Origin: a virus
Direction: 5' to 3' (one strand)
Length of the DNA stretch: 64,000 nucleotides
Virus record (IMG/VR): IMGVR_UViG_3300045125_000155
The position numbers and the translations under genes are program-made. Positions 1-10,714 of this stretch are shown piece by piece. The notes under the pieces are model-generated. The model was given only the letters and a program-made list of their open reading frames with translations. It was not told the DNA's origin and searched no databases. Positions within the stretch are counted from its first letter, which is position 1; each line of letters starts with the position of its first letter.

Positions 1-15
1 GAAAATGCTTATAAT

Positions 16-294
16 ATGCTCAAGGTCGTTGAACGTCAGCCTATCAGTCAAGCTTTGGCTACAATCAATATTGTTATTAACTCGGCTCACCAAACCGGCG
101 ATATGCTCGGTTATATATCAGACGTTACCCAAGATACAACACGAGACATCCGTCGTGCCATGGACCTGTTAAGTAATTCCGCCGATCTTACTGAATGGAA
201 TAAAGATCTTCAAACTGTTCAAAATACACAAAACCCAAAACAAGTTGGACTTCCGCCTAATACGCGAAATTTAATGTCTGACCCTATTGAATAA
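16..294 (+). CDS. Hypothetical protein (may be the 3' end of a gene starting before the window)
   Basis: 92-aa ORF at the window edge, convergent with the next gene. Confidence 0.5.
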   Translation: MLKVVERQPISQALATINIVINSAHQTGDMLGYISDVTQDTTRDIRRAMDLLSNSADLTEWNKDLQTVQNTQNPKQVGLPPNTRNLMSDPIE

Positions 295-426
295 GTTTGT
301 TTACTCAAATGTAGGTTTGTTTGTTTTTAATACTAGCATCTTCCTGTATTTATATTTTATGTCTACTAACAATATATTATAAATCTTTTTTTCATTTTTC
401 GCGCAAAATATAAATAAATTTTTGGC

Positions 427-813
427 TCATTCCGGGTCCGCCAAATCCCGCTCGCTCTCGACCGTCTCAATATAAAACTGTACGCCAGGAAATGCTTTTA
501 CTAGTTGATGCTTAAACCTGTTCTGATGTACCAAAGGCATATAATTGATCGTGCCAATACTCTTGCTTGGTATCACGCGACCACTCACAACATCTATTCC
601 TCGCTCGTATGCTTCTTCGAAAACCTCGCCAAAGTACTTGTCATGCAACTCTTCTCCATTAGCCATTTCCTTCATGATGTTTCCATGCCTGTATACCCAC
701 AAAATCACAGGCTCGTCGTCGTGCCCAATGTCATAGTACGCCTTGCCACTCGGCATCCTATTAAATACCTTGGCTGTCACAATCCTATATGCACTGCTTA
801 TAATGTATTTCAT
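427..813 (-). CDS. Hypothetical protein
   Basis: 128-aa ORF with protein-like composition, flanked by AT-rich intergenic DNA. Confidence 0.7.
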   Translation of the reverse strand: MKYIISSAYRIVTAKVFNRMPSGKAYYDIGHDDEPVILWVYRHGNIMKEMANGEELHDKYFGEVFEEAYERGIDVVSGRVIPSKSIGTINYMPLVHQNRFKHQLVKAFPGVQFYIETVESERDLADPE

Positions 814-838
814 ATTGCATCATATTGTAAAACCAAAT

Positions 839-1375
839 AAGGTATACCTTTTATGCGCAAAAATAAAAACAATATTTCCGTGGTCTTTTTTTGCTCATTC
901 TTCCAATACGCTCAAGGTATCCCTATTACAAAAATTGATACAATGAGCTACGTTCAAGGTATCCCTTACAAAAAAATCATAAAATAAACTACGCCTAAGG
1001 TATCCCTTCAGCGACGAAAATTTTAAATAGGGGGTACCTTATCTAGTTTCTTTTTTTACGCATTTTTTTATTATGTTAAATAGCCGCAGGGTACCCTCTT
1101 TTGACCAATTTTAAAATAAGGGGGTACCTTGCCTATCGTGCTTTGTGCGAAAAATTTTCTATTATAGCGTATGGACCAAGGGTACCCTTTTTAGGCCAAT
1201 TTTAAAATAGGGGGTAGGGGGTATGGGGGTATCTTTTGGGGGGAATAATTTTTTGGGGTTTTTTTGGGGTATTGTTGTTGAGAAGGCAAAGAGTTTCTGT
1301 AAGCGAGAATGGGGTAAGGTATCCCTAGAAATGAAAATTGGTTATAAACAAGTGCCCAGGGGTGGGGGGTACCTC
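839..1375. repeat. AT-rich non-coding region with about 11 GGTA(T/C)CC(C/T) near-palindromic repeats (origin/terminus-like)
   Basis: TACGnnnAAGGTATCCCT at about 907, 949 and 989; TTTTAAA(A)TA(A)GGGGGTACCTT at about 1021 and 1110; further copies near 841, 1089, 1159, 1316 and 1365; no credible ORF. Confidence 0.75.
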
Positions 1376-2161
1376 TCACACACGCTCTCACCCATTATAT
1401 ATCGCTTTCCCTATTATAATGGGTGACCCCCACACGCCAAACGTATACCATCCAAACACCAAACAATAACAATGTTCGGTTGGCTTGCGTCGAAACTTTA
1501 CGCCCGAAAGTGAAAGCACCCCGCATCATGGCGGGGCGCGATTCGTTCGGCTGAGGGTCGGGTTATGCTTCCTCGACCCAGACGGGGATCTTCTCCTTGC
1601 TCGGCTTGCCGATCTCCTCGGCGTACTTGTCGCCGCCCTTGCTGCGGATCTTGATCACGGGTCAGGATGCAGGCTGTTCCAGTCGCCACGGAACACGGGG
1701 GCCTGTCCCGTCGTGTGGATCGTCTTGGCGGTCAACTGGGCCTGCTGAGCGGTCATGGGCGCACAGTTCAACACACACTTCCTCGACCCAGCGGAACGTG
1801 TGAATGGGGCTGTCGCCCATGATGACCGTATACTGGGGTTCGGGCTGATTCTTGTAGCGCATTCTGCACCACGATCTCCACAGCCACTTCCATAGCCAAG
1901 TCTTGATCTGCCATACGCAAGCGATCCTTTCCGCCCCTCGTGGGGGCTGGTTGTGTACCCTTGCAGCTCCAACGCGAAACTTAGTCCGAATCTGGGCGTT
2001 GTGATGCACAGAGAGTCTGTATCGAAACTTTAGTCCGAATCTTCGTTCGCCAACGCCCAGTTATCAAGTGCTGCTTCGTCCCGATCTGCGTCACAATCCA
2101 TGAGAATCTCCTCGTTTACGCCAGCGTGAGGCCCTGCTCCGCCGCCACCCGCTTGACCGTA

Positions 2162-2443
2162 TCAGCGGCCCACAGATCCGTCCGCCAGCACGTCGAAGAA
2201 CTCCTGCATGGCCTTCTGGCTGAACCGTGCGGGGGCCGCGTGCGTGGCCTTGTAGCCCGTGTAGGCCGTGCGAATCTCGAACGATCCCTCGATCTTCACG
2301 GGAACGACGCTTACCAAGTAGTAAGGCATTGAAGGCAACCGGTCGTTCACGTAGTCGGGCGGTTTGTTGTAACTAGCCGTGACCTCGATGAACGTGAGGG
2401 GATCGGTCGTGTTGTAACGCTTTGCGAGTCGTCGGAGTTTCAT
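2162..2443 (-). CDS. Hypothetical phage protein
   Basis: 93-aa ORF preceded by a junction motif at about 2466. Confidence 0.7.
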   Translation of the reverse strand: MKLRRLAKRYNTTDPLTFIEVTASYNKPPDYVNDRLPSMPYYLVSVVPVKIEGSFEIRTAYTGYKATHAAPARFSQKAMQEFFDVLADGSVGR

Positions 2444-2482
2444 GCGTGCTGCTCCTGCAAGCGGATGTTTAGTCCGAATCTG

Positions 2483-2749
2483 TCACTTCTGGGGAATCAA
2501 ATCGTGCTGCACAATCAGCAAGTCGTGACCTCCAGCGGCGATGCTGTTGCTGTCAAGCGTGCCATGCCGCAAGCGGAGCCACTCGGAGCGGGAAGGCAAG
2601 CCAACGTGATGCGGGTACGTCATGCCATGCTTCCACTCGTGCGGCATGACGGTCCAGCGGCCCGTGTGCATACACGCCGCAAAGCCACGGGCGAAGATTG
2701 CTGCCTCGTCGTAGGATGCCATGCCCTTCGCAAGACGCACCAGCCGCAT
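2483..2749 (-). CDS. Hypothetical phage protein
   Basis: 88-aa ORF whose stop lies immediately before the motif at 2466-2479. Confidence 0.55.
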   Translation of the reverse strand: MRLVRLAKGMASYDEAAIFARGFAACMHTGRWTVMPHEWKHGMTYPHHVGLPSRSEWLRLRHGTLDSNSIAAGGHDLLIVQHDLIPQK

Positions 2750-3187
2750 TCGCCTTCTTCATGCTAGTCGTGCGTTGCGCGTCACTAAGCATCAGGAATG
2801 GGCGCGGAAGTGTGCCACGGGCGCATCGTCATAGTCGGGGTTGTACCCGATGTATGTGCGAGAATAGCAATCTCGTCGATAGTGCCGATCAGGTGGTGGT
2901 GAATCATGCTCAAAGATTTCTACGCGAAACTTTAGTCCTGTAATCAATCATTTATTTGCGCGAGAATAATCATTTATTTGCGCGAATAATGCGCATAAAT
3001 ACGTGCCTCACGCACGTGCGCGTGCGGCCTGGCGGCGTGGCTGGGGTCACCCATTATAATACGTCGGGTTCTGTCGTGTCACCCATTATATTCAAGTGAT
3101 TATAATGGGTGTGAACTCAACGCACGAACTAAGGCAGAACATGATTCTGCCCTGTTCGTTTGGTTGGATTGAAACTTTAGTCCCGAA

Positions 3188-3586
3188 TCAGCCCCACTGA
3201 CGGCTGCCCTGCGTCGTGTGCGAACCGGGCGTTTCCTCGACCGTCACGTAGTACGATTCCTCGCCGTCCACTTCAGGAAGGAAGTCGCTGTCCAGCCCGC
3301 GCTGCTCCAGCCACTCCAACTGCTTGCGGCAACCCTCGCTGAACGCCCGCTTAGCGTCCTTGTTGAGCTGCTCGGCCAACGCCTTGATCTTCTCGACCAA
3401 CGCATCGGCATCCTCGTCGCTGCTGACGAGCTGGTAGGCGACCAACTCCACGTCCTCGCCCCACCAGCCGCCCTCCTCGGGACCGCCGTAGAACGGAGTG
3501 CTGACGTAGAGAGACACGTACGACCGCCTAGCGGGCGTAGCGTTGGCACAGAGAGAGAAGAACGCTTCGGAAAGGTGGTTGTTCAT
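3188..3586 (-). CDS. Hypothetical acidic phage protein (FYGGPEEGGWW motif)
   Basis: ATG at 3586 is 18 nt from the motif at 3605; stop abuts the motif at 3171. Confidence 0.8.
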   Translation of the reverse strand: MNNHLSEAFFSLCANATPARRSYVSLYVSTPFYGGPEEGGWWGEDVELVAYQLVSSDEDADALVEKIKALAEQLNKDAKRAFSEGCRKQLEWLEQRGLDSDFLPEVDGEESYYVTVEETPGSHTTQGSRQWG

Positions 3587-3710
3587 GCTCAATGTCTCTG
3601 GTTTGAAACTTTAGTCCAAATCCTGCGCAGTGGTACAGTGGATCAGTGGGCCGCGCAGTGTTACACCGCCTGCATACGACGCTGGCTCTCGATGTATTCG
3701 TTCGCAATAC

Positions 3711-4410
3711 TCAGCACGTTGGCGCGACACTCGCTCTGCATGGCGTTGAGCGTATCGCTGACGCGATAGCGTTCGCCGTCAGCGCGATCTCGATGATGCT
3801 CGACAACTTGTAGACGACGAACATGATCTCATTGCCATCGCTCAATCCCTGATTCGTGGGCTTCGAGCGGGCCGCAAGGAAGGGTTCGACCGCCTCATCC
3901 GAAACTTTAGTCCCATCCTGCAACGACAGATACTCGGCCTGACCCTTGGCCTTGAAGATGAACCGCAGGTACGCCTCACCGTCGTCCTCCGAGTCCTTGT
4001 GGACCACGAGTGCCGTAGGGTGGCCTTCCGCGTCCAGAATCGGGCGGAACCATGCTGAACCACGGCGGAAGCGAGACTGAATCTCGACCGTCATGTCGGC
4101 TTCCGAAAGCGGCTCGATGTTCGCCTCGATGCGCTCTTCGATGATCTCACGCCGCAGGGCGTTGCTCACCATGCGATGATACAGGTTGCCCGTGTCATCG
4201 GTCTTGCCACCGATCAGGCCGTTTGACTTGTTGATCTTGGTGATGGTCAGGCCGTCGCCCAACTTACGTCCTGCGAGGAACGGATTGCGAGTGCCGTCCT
4301 TGCTCTTGGCGTTACAGCCGCGGCTCGACCGTGCTGACCACGCTGACAATCGTGGTGGTCGTGATACTCACGAGGATTGTTCGGAGTTCGTTCAGAGTGA
4401 TGGTGTTCAT
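3711..4410 (-). CDS. Hypothetical phage protein (one frameshift near the 5' end)
   Basis: ATG at 4410 is 18 nt from the motif at 4429; joins the 3711..4349 ORF after an indel near 4320. Confidence 0.7.
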
Positions 4411-4519
4411 GCACTTTCGCTTCTGCGCGAAACTTCAGTCCGATTTCTGTGTGCTATCAATCGTGCCTGGTGTGCGAAGCGCGCGCGACCTAGGGGCGTT
4501 CGATGCCTGGGGTCACCCA

Positions 4520-4849
4520 TTATAATACCAAGGTGGTCGCACCCATTATATTGAGGCTTGCACCCATTATATTTGAGCCGTACAAAGACTGAACAGCATC
4601 GGTTAGGACGCTGTTCGTTGGAGGACGAGGTTGTGTGTTGCTTTGAAACTTTGGGCCCGGAACGAAGATGTTCTCCCACGCCGTCCAGACGGCGGCAAGG
4701 TAGGCCGCATCACTCATCATGCGAACCAGAGTTTGGGCTGTGTCGTGGTTGACAACGTGTGGACGGTCGTTGGTGACTGGAACGCTCAGAAGGCCATTGA
4801 GAGCGTCGATGCCATCTTCGATTTCTTTGGCGGTGTACGTGGTGTTCAT
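4520..4849 (-). CDS. Hypothetical phage protein (3' end uncertain)
   Basis: ATG at 4849 is 18 nt from the motif at 4868. Confidence 0.6.
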   Translation of the reverse strand: MNTTYTAKEIEDGIDALNGLLSVPVTNDRPHVVNHDTAQTLVRMMSDAAYLAAVWTAWENIFVPGPKFQSNTQPRPPTNSVLTDAVQSLYGSNIMGASLNIMGATTLVL

Positions 4850-5136
4850 GCTCATGCGTTAGCGAATGAAACTTTGGTCCAGAAATCGGAATGATTCATC
4901 GCCTGCATGGCAATCATCAGCAGGGCGTAGACAACGAAATCGATCAGAGCCAGTTCCTCATCGTATTGGTATTTGACAATCATCCCAGCACGCTGATTGT
5001 GGCGAAGAAGGCCACGATTCCAAGAAGGCACGAGAAGGTAATCACGCCAATCAGGTCAAGACGGTTATTGCGGGCTTGCTGATTCATTTCGGCTCCTTTG
5101 CGCAGTGGTACAGTGGATCAGTGGATGCGCAGTGGC

Positions 5137-5448
5137 TCAGTGGCTCGGCGTTGCGAGTTTAGGGTCAGCATAGACGCGAACCGCAAACACATACTGGCTC
5201 ACGCTAGAGTCCCTGTAGGCGAGCATCTCGGCGTGAATGGCGTTAGCATCCTCAAGGGTGTCGCAGAGGATGTAGCCACGCTCGTAAGCGGCCTTGCCAT
5301 CCTTCTCACCCATGCGAGTGTTGAGGAAATGCTTGGCAGCACGCTTGCCGATGGTGACGTACTCCAACCGTTGCACCCAGAACAGAACGACAGCGTTGGC
5401 AAAGGGGGTGCGGCGCACGAAAGGATTGACGGTGGATTCGGTGTTCAT
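5137..5448 (-). CDS. Hypothetical phage protein
   Basis: 103 aa; motif 18 nt upstream, AAGGA RBS-like sequence. Confidence 0.8.
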   Translation of the reverse strand: MNTESTVNPFVRRTPFANAVVLFWVQRLEYVTIGKRAAKHFLNTRMGEKDGKAAYERGYILCDTLEDANAIHAEMLAYRDSSVSQYVFAVRVYADPKLATPSH

Positions 5449-5483
5449 ATCTAAATCCTTCTGCGCGAAAGTTTAGTCCCAAA

Positions 5484-5783
5484 TCAGGTTTCCATGTCGA
5501 TCATGGTGCCTTCAGGAAGTTCCTTGAGTCGTTGCATGAACACTTGCTCGGCGTGCTTATCAGCATCATCGTTGGAATCATCATCGCGGTCAAGCCAGCT
5601 GGTGATGCCACTATCGGGCGAACCGATGTTTGCATACACGTCGTGAGCAAGGATCAGGGTGTGGCGAGAATCGCCCCACGACACATTATCACCGATTGCG
5701 GACGAAACCGCTTCGGCCCAATCTTGGCTGATATTTGCGGTGAGGTCGCTCCAACTGACGTAGGTGACGGTCTTGAGTTTCAT
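5484..5783 (-). CDS. Hypothetical phage protein
   Basis: 99 aa; bounded by motifs at 5802 and 5467. Confidence 0.8.
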   Translation of the reverse strand: MKLKTVTYVSWSDLTANISQDWAEAVSSAIGDNVSWGDSRHTLILAHDVYANIGSPDSGITSWLDRDDDSNDDADKHAEQVFMQRLKELPEGTMIDMET

Positions 5784-5819
5784 ATCTATTTCCTTCTGCG
5801 CGAAAGTTTAGCTCCAGAA

Positions 5820-6056
5820 TCACCGTGCCACGATACAATCGCGAGTATATCTGTGACGATAATACCCACCAAAGATGCTCGTGTCAGTGACGGCTTCGTA
5901 GTTCTCTGATCCAAACACCAAACGCGCATGTTGAACCATTGCTGCCACGGCGGCTTCTTGCGTGCGAGAATAGGATGAGCCAGACACTTCGATGATCTCA
6001 AGCAAGCGACCATGTTCGTACCGAACATCATCAATCAGGCGAATCTCAATCTTCAT
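5820..6056 (-). CDS. Hypothetical phage protein
   Basis: 78 aa; GGAG upstream; stop abuts the motif at 5802. Confidence 0.65.
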   Translation of the reverse strand: MKIEIRLIDDVRYEHGRLLEIIEVSGSSYSRTQEAAVAAMVQHARLVFGSENYEAVTDTSIFGGYYRHRYTRDCIVAR

Positions 6057-6077
6057 GGCGGTTCTCCACGGATGATG

Positions 6078-6299
6078 TTAACCAGAAATGCCGTTGACGT
6101 AGACGCTCAGCACAATCTTGTTGCTACGTGCAAACTTCGTCAGCGTGTCGTAGTCAGGATGCGGCGTTGCGTCCATGAGTGTAACGCAAGCAGCAGGCGA
6201 CCCATCGAAGTAGACGGTCTTGGCCGTAATCTTGCCATAAGCAAGACCAAGGCGTTGCGATTCGGCTTTGATGAGTTTCTTGGCTTCGGTGGCGTTCAT
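6078..6299 (-). CDS. Hypothetical phage protein
   Basis: 73 aa; motif 18 nt upstream. Confidence 0.75.
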   Translation of the reverse strand: MNATEAKKLIKAESQRLGLAYGKITAKTVYFDGSPAACVTLMDATPHPDYDTLTKFARSNKIVLSVYVNGISG

Positions 6300-6586
6300 G
6301 TCTAAATCCTTCTGCGCAAAAGTTTAGGTCCGCTTTCTGCGCGGCTTTGATTGCATCCATCGCCTGAGTAAGACGATTCATGGCACTCGACAAGGCAATA
6401 CGCTTGGCTTCTTCGAGCGTATCGAACGGTCTTACGGCTAACTTCATCATTGATGATGAAGGTAAATCGCACGGTGCTGATTCCGTCGATTTGCTTCGTC
6501 AGACCATATGCTGCGATTTGCAGCAGGCCCGAAGGATCGTGATGTACGCTATAATCGAGAGAAGGATCACACTTACTCCACATAAC

Positions 6587-6778
6587 TCACTCCTTGATCT
6601 TGATACGATCCGATTGCACATTCAGCGTGCCGCTGCCATGAACGGGCGTGACCGTGTAGATTGTCTTGCCATACACATGCTTGACGGCAAGCAACTTGAC
6701 AGGAATCGTCAAGCCGTCGATTGACAGGTCAGCGTGCTTATTGGCAAGGTCCGCGATTTGTGCGATTGTCATGTTCAT
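6587..6778 (-). CDS. Hypothetical phage protein
   Basis: 63 aa; GGAG RBS and motif at 6810. Confidence 0.7.
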   Translation of the reverse strand: MNMTIAQIADLANKHADLSIDGLTIPVKLLAVKHVYGKTIYTVTPVHGSGTLNVQSDRIKIKE

Positions 6779-7088
6779 TGTGTTCTCCGATGCACAAATG
6801 CTTCTGCACGAAACTTTGAGTCCGATTTATGACGAAAGGCGCAGGACAACTTTCGCCATCCTGCTACCTATGAACACCAACCGCCACTTATCCACACAAT
6901 GTGGATAATACGTGGACAAGTATGAAACCAGGTGTGATCTACGAAGTCATCATGCACATAGATTTGTGCGTGAAACTTTAATCCAGAATGGATGTTGGTG
7001 ACGGCGATGGTCTGAGTCACCCATTATATATCAGAAAGCATCGTGTCACCCATTATATTTGAGGGATGCAGAATTGAGGTGGCACCCA

Positions 7089-7571
7089 TTATATTTTATG
7101 CGAAAAAATTGCGTTTGGAATATGTTTGAAACGCCAACACGCCGTGGAAACGGCGTGCAGCGTGCAGGAGGAAAATTTGTAGTCCAAAGGAACGATAGAG
7201 GCGGTCATCGAGACTTCGCTCTTGATGTTCATTTCCGCAGCAAGAGGATCACCGCCATAGTTCTCAATTTGTTCGCGTTTGAGTTCGCACACTTCAAGAT
7301 GTCCAGCGAAAACCTGTACCTGCTTGGCTCCCGTGAGAAGGGCGAGGGCAAGACTAATGGCCTGCTCGACCGTCATGCCACAAATCTTGGGAAGCATTTC
7401 GATCACATACTCATCGGTATGGACCGGGCTGTCGTGAAGAATCACGGCGTACTGCCTCAAAGGTTCGTGCTTGGGCACCTGCTTGACCTTGATCTTCTGT
7501 CCAACATCAGCCACAGCATCGTTGTTGCGATCGTACTCGTTGTAACCGAAGGGAATGTCGTGTTCGCTCAT
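7089..7571 (-). CDS. clpS: ATP-dependent Clp protease adaptor ClpS (planctomycete-like; true stop may be near 7180)
   Basis: YAVILHD..HTDEYVIEML.KI and ELKREQI..YG.DPL...SM.ASI.P match the ClpS fold; ATG 18 nt from the motif at 7590. Confidence 0.8.
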   Translation of the reverse strand: MSEHDIPFGYNEYDRNNDAVADVGQKIKVKQVPKHEPLRQYAVILHDSPVHTDEYVIEMLPKICGMTVEQAISLALALLTGAKQVQVFAGHLEVCELKREQIENYGGDPLAAEMNIKSEVSMTASIVPLDYKFSSCTLHAVSTACWRFKHIPNAIFSHKI

Positions 7572-7656
7572 AGTCAATACCTCTCAATCTAAATTTTAGC
7601 CGCGTTTCTGCGCAGTGGCACAGTGGATCAGTGCTAGCGCAGTGTTACAGTGGATG

Positions 7657-7908
7657 CTATGAACGGATAAAAGCACACGAAACAGTGTTAGAAACCGTAT
7701 TTTTCCTTGAGGTGTCTCTCTTACGCTGTTCCCACACGGTTTGAGCGCGATCAATAAGTTCACAAATCTGCGATTCATCCAAGTCCATGCTTGATTGCAA
7801 CTTCTCCATGACGCTGCGATTGAAACATGCTTCGGCTTCAAGTTCGCTGATGAGGCGAGCAAATTGGGTCAAGTTATCGTTCCACGGTGACTGATAATCA
7901 TTCTTCAT
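7657..7908 (-). CDS. Hypothetical phage protein
   Basis: ORF overlaps the stop of the upstream gene (translational coupling). Confidence 0.6.
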   Translation of the reverse strand: MKNDYQSPWNDNLTQFARLISELEAEACFNRSVMEKLQSSMDLDESQICELIDRAQTVWEQRKRDTSRKNTVSNTVSCAFIRS

Positions 7909-8125
7909 CGTCCACCTCCACTTCATTCACTTCGACCGAGCCAGCACGATGATCGAGAGCGCGATCATTCCAAGTGATGACTTGGAAGTAGCGTCCATTC
8001 ACCTCGTAAACGACGGCATCGCCAGCGTTGCTGTTGTCGATGCTTTCGTCCACAGGATATTCCTCAACGATATCACCATCAAGAATCTCGTCCAAAGAAA
8101 TGTCGGATAGTGGGTTGTTTGACAT
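7898..8125 (-). CDS. Hypothetical acidic protein
   Basis: 75 aa; AAAGGA upstream. Confidence 0.7.
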   Translation of the reverse strand: MSNNPLSDISLDEILDGDIVEEYPVDESIDNSNAGDAVVYEVNGRYFQVITWNDRALDHRAGSVEVNEVEVDDEE

Positions 8126-8197
8126 ATCCTTTGCCTCTTGAGTGAAATTTTGTATTCAAATCACGCTTGCTGATTTGGAGTGCGGTTACTGATATTT

Positions 8198-8530
8198 TTA
8201 CTTCGCCCTGTCGAGGGCTCCGCTGGTGTCGGTAACCTCGATCGCCACTCTCCTTGACTTGCAGGCCAGATTCCATTGCATCACTTGACTACGATCCCAT
8301 TGCATTCCATGACTGTCGCCATCATCGGCCATGCTTGACACCGCACGATTGGCCTGCACCTCCGCCGCCAACACCTTGCGGTCGGATTCGGCCTGTGCGA
8401 GTTGCTTTTGCAACTCATCGCAGTTGACCACGAGAACCTTGTCGGCGTACCCAATGTCCATGATTTCGCAAGCGTACCTATCGTATCCGTTAGGACCAAC
8501 GATGCTGATTTGTACCGAGAAATCGTTCAT
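8198..8530 (-). CDS. Hypothetical protein with coiled coil
   Basis: 110 aa; its C-terminal DTSGALDR resembles DKSGALDR in 9066..9326. Confidence 0.65.
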   Translation of the reverse strand: MNDFSVQISIVGPNGYDRYACEIMDIGYADKVLVVNCDELQKQLAQAESDRKVLAAEVQANRAVSSMADDGDSHGMQWDRSQVMQWNLACKSRRVAIEVTDTSGALDRAK

Positions 8531-8694
8531 ATTACACCTGATTAGTCTAAAAGTTAGCAAGAAATTTCTACCAAGGACGGTTTATTCGATGCACGGTAAA
8601 TCATTCCTGATGCGAGGATACGCATTGATCGCGCCTTCACTATACTGCATATAAGCGCGAACAGGAAACGTACCATCTTGACGAACGCCAAAAT

Positions 8695-9006
8695 TTACTT
8701 CTGCGCAATCAGAAGAAGCGCGTCAGCCACGGAAGGTTGACGAAGAACCCTCCGTACAACTTTCACGCCATGAAATTCTCGTTCGGTTGGTACATGATTA
8801 GGATTTCTGCAAGAACCAAGGCAACACCTAACGCACCAATCGCAATCATCTGTCACAATCTTGTTTGCGTAGGAAGGAGAGACCAGTTCAGCAGAATAAT
8901 CAGGCCAAACGGTCAGATGAAGGCCACTTGGCAGCATGGCTGTATATGAATCTGAAACTCCCATACGAGTCAGAACAACAATATCAGTATTGTGCGTGCT
9001 ATTCAT
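8695..9006 (-). CDS. Hypothetical Cys-containing protein
   Basis: 103-aa ORF; upstream TAGTCTAAAAGTTAG element shared with 8530. Confidence 0.65.
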   Translation of the reverse strand: MNSTHNTDIVVLTRMGVSDSYTAMLPSGLHLTVWPDYSAELVSPSYANKIVTDDCDWCVRCCLGSCRNPNHVPTEREFHGVKVVRRVLRQPSVADALLLIAQK

Positions 9007-9065
9007 GCTGTTGTTCGTTAGTCTAAAAGTTAGGAAGAAATTTCTTTACGCGAAATCACGAAAAG

Positions 9066-9326
9066 TCAAGTCATTACGCGGTCGAGGGCACCGCTCTTGT
9101 CGTTCGTTCGCATGGCAATACCCAACTCAGTAAGTGAACCATCATCAGAAAAAACAGGCACATCGCTGCATTGCTTTCGCCAAACCATCAGTTCTTTCGC
9201 AAGAGTCTTGCAGTCGGCCACGGCCTTCTTGTAATCATCTTCAAGTTGGGCCACACGATGAAGCGTCAACTCCAACTCAGCGTAGAGACGCTCGATTTTG
9301 ATTTGTTTGTACGCCGAATCACTCAT
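9066..9326 (-). CDS. Hypothetical coiled-coil protein
   Basis: 86 aa; GGAG upstream. Confidence 0.65.
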   Translation of the reverse strand: MSDSAYKQIKIERLYAELELTLHRVAQLEDDYKKAVADCKTLAKELMVWRKQCSDVPVFSDDGSLTELGIAMRTNDKSGALDRVMT

Positions 9327-10422
9327 TGTCGCTCCTGAAGTTCATGTTAGAGTTGCCTTGTCTACAATGTTAGCAAGAAATTTTAGTCGCAAAAAAACTG
9401 TGACTACGAGTTTTTGCCGTTGCCCCCGAAGGGGATTGTTACAAAGAGGCGCAGGTCGATTTGAACGACCAACCTACCGGGTGTCTCGACTTTCCCACCT
9501 CCGCCCAAGTAGGTTTCATGCCTAGTTTCTTTCGCGCGAAAATTTAGTCCATTTTCATGGTCAACCGCTGCGCACGCACAAGCCAACAATCGTCAGCATG
9601 AATCACATGAAACCCCTTGGTGGGCCATCCGCTTCGATACCCTTGAAACAGAAAGCACATTTGGTGCCGTTGTCAGCACACTCAGTCTTGGGGTCTTCGT
9701 TGATGGCTTCTCGCAGCAAATTCTTGAGCGTCTCATTCTCAGCAGACAACGCATCACAGCGAGTTTTGAGGTTCTTGACATTTACGACAGCATCCAGCAA
9801 TGCTTCAACCTCGGGCTGTGCTTGCTGGCGTGCGATTCGACCGCCGTAAAAACTTCAAGAAGCAAGTCGAAACACTTGGCCTTGTTCTCGATGGACGAAT
9901 CGTTGCTCATGGCTTTTTGCGACCAATTTTTCACGATTACTAATGTTGCGGGCTTGACAAATACGAAGCAGAAGGTCGTGATGCTTCACGCCCAATTCGT
10001 GCCACTCATTGATTTCGTCCAAGATTTTCGTGATGACACCAAGCATTTCAGTCTTGTTGTCAATTTTTGTGGCATCAATGATTTTTTACGCCTTGTGGTT
10101 CAGCACAGACTCGTAATTGGGCATCATCTGCGGGAAATTGCCCGCCAGTCTGTTCAGTTCTTCGTTGGTGAAATCAATTTGCATATCTAAAGCCTTCTGC
10201 GCAAATTTTAGCCCGATTTATCAACTCACTAGGGCTCTTGCAGCAAGCCATCTTCGAGCATGATTTGCTTGGCCTTCTTCATGCCAAGGTCAGCCACAAC
10301 CAGGCAAGCAGCTCCGACCAAGCACCGAATCATCGGATCGTTGCTGCGCCGATTCTTTCGGATTGCTGCTTCGAGCAAAGCACCAACGTTAGCCATCTCT
10401 GCCCACGTCTGATCACTCTTGC

Positions 10423-10668
10423 TCACACTGTCCAAGTAGATCTTTCGCAGTTCACTTCGCAATCGAAACCTCCTTGTTGTCGTTGCTGATGATATTCCAA
10501 AGGGCGAGTGGCTGATTCAATCGCCGTCGCCTCCAAGAATCGCATGTGATGTTCAGTCAGCGTGTAATCACCACGCGAGCAGAGTCCAGCATGAATCTGC
10601 GGCACGGTTGCAAGCATAAACTTCTTGAAGTTGGGGTCTTGCTTCTTCTTGCTCTTGGTGTTCTTCAT
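10423..10668 (-). CDS. Hypothetical phage protein
   Basis: ATG 18 nt from the motif at 10687. Confidence 0.6.
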   Translation of the reverse strand: MKNTKSKKKQDPNFKKFMLATVPQIHAGLCSRGDYTLTEHHMRFLEATAIESATRPLEYHQQRQQGGFDCEVNCERSTWTV

Positions 10669-10714
10669 ACACACTCGGTTCTGTGCGAAAGTTTAGTCCG
10701 AAATCGGCAATGCT

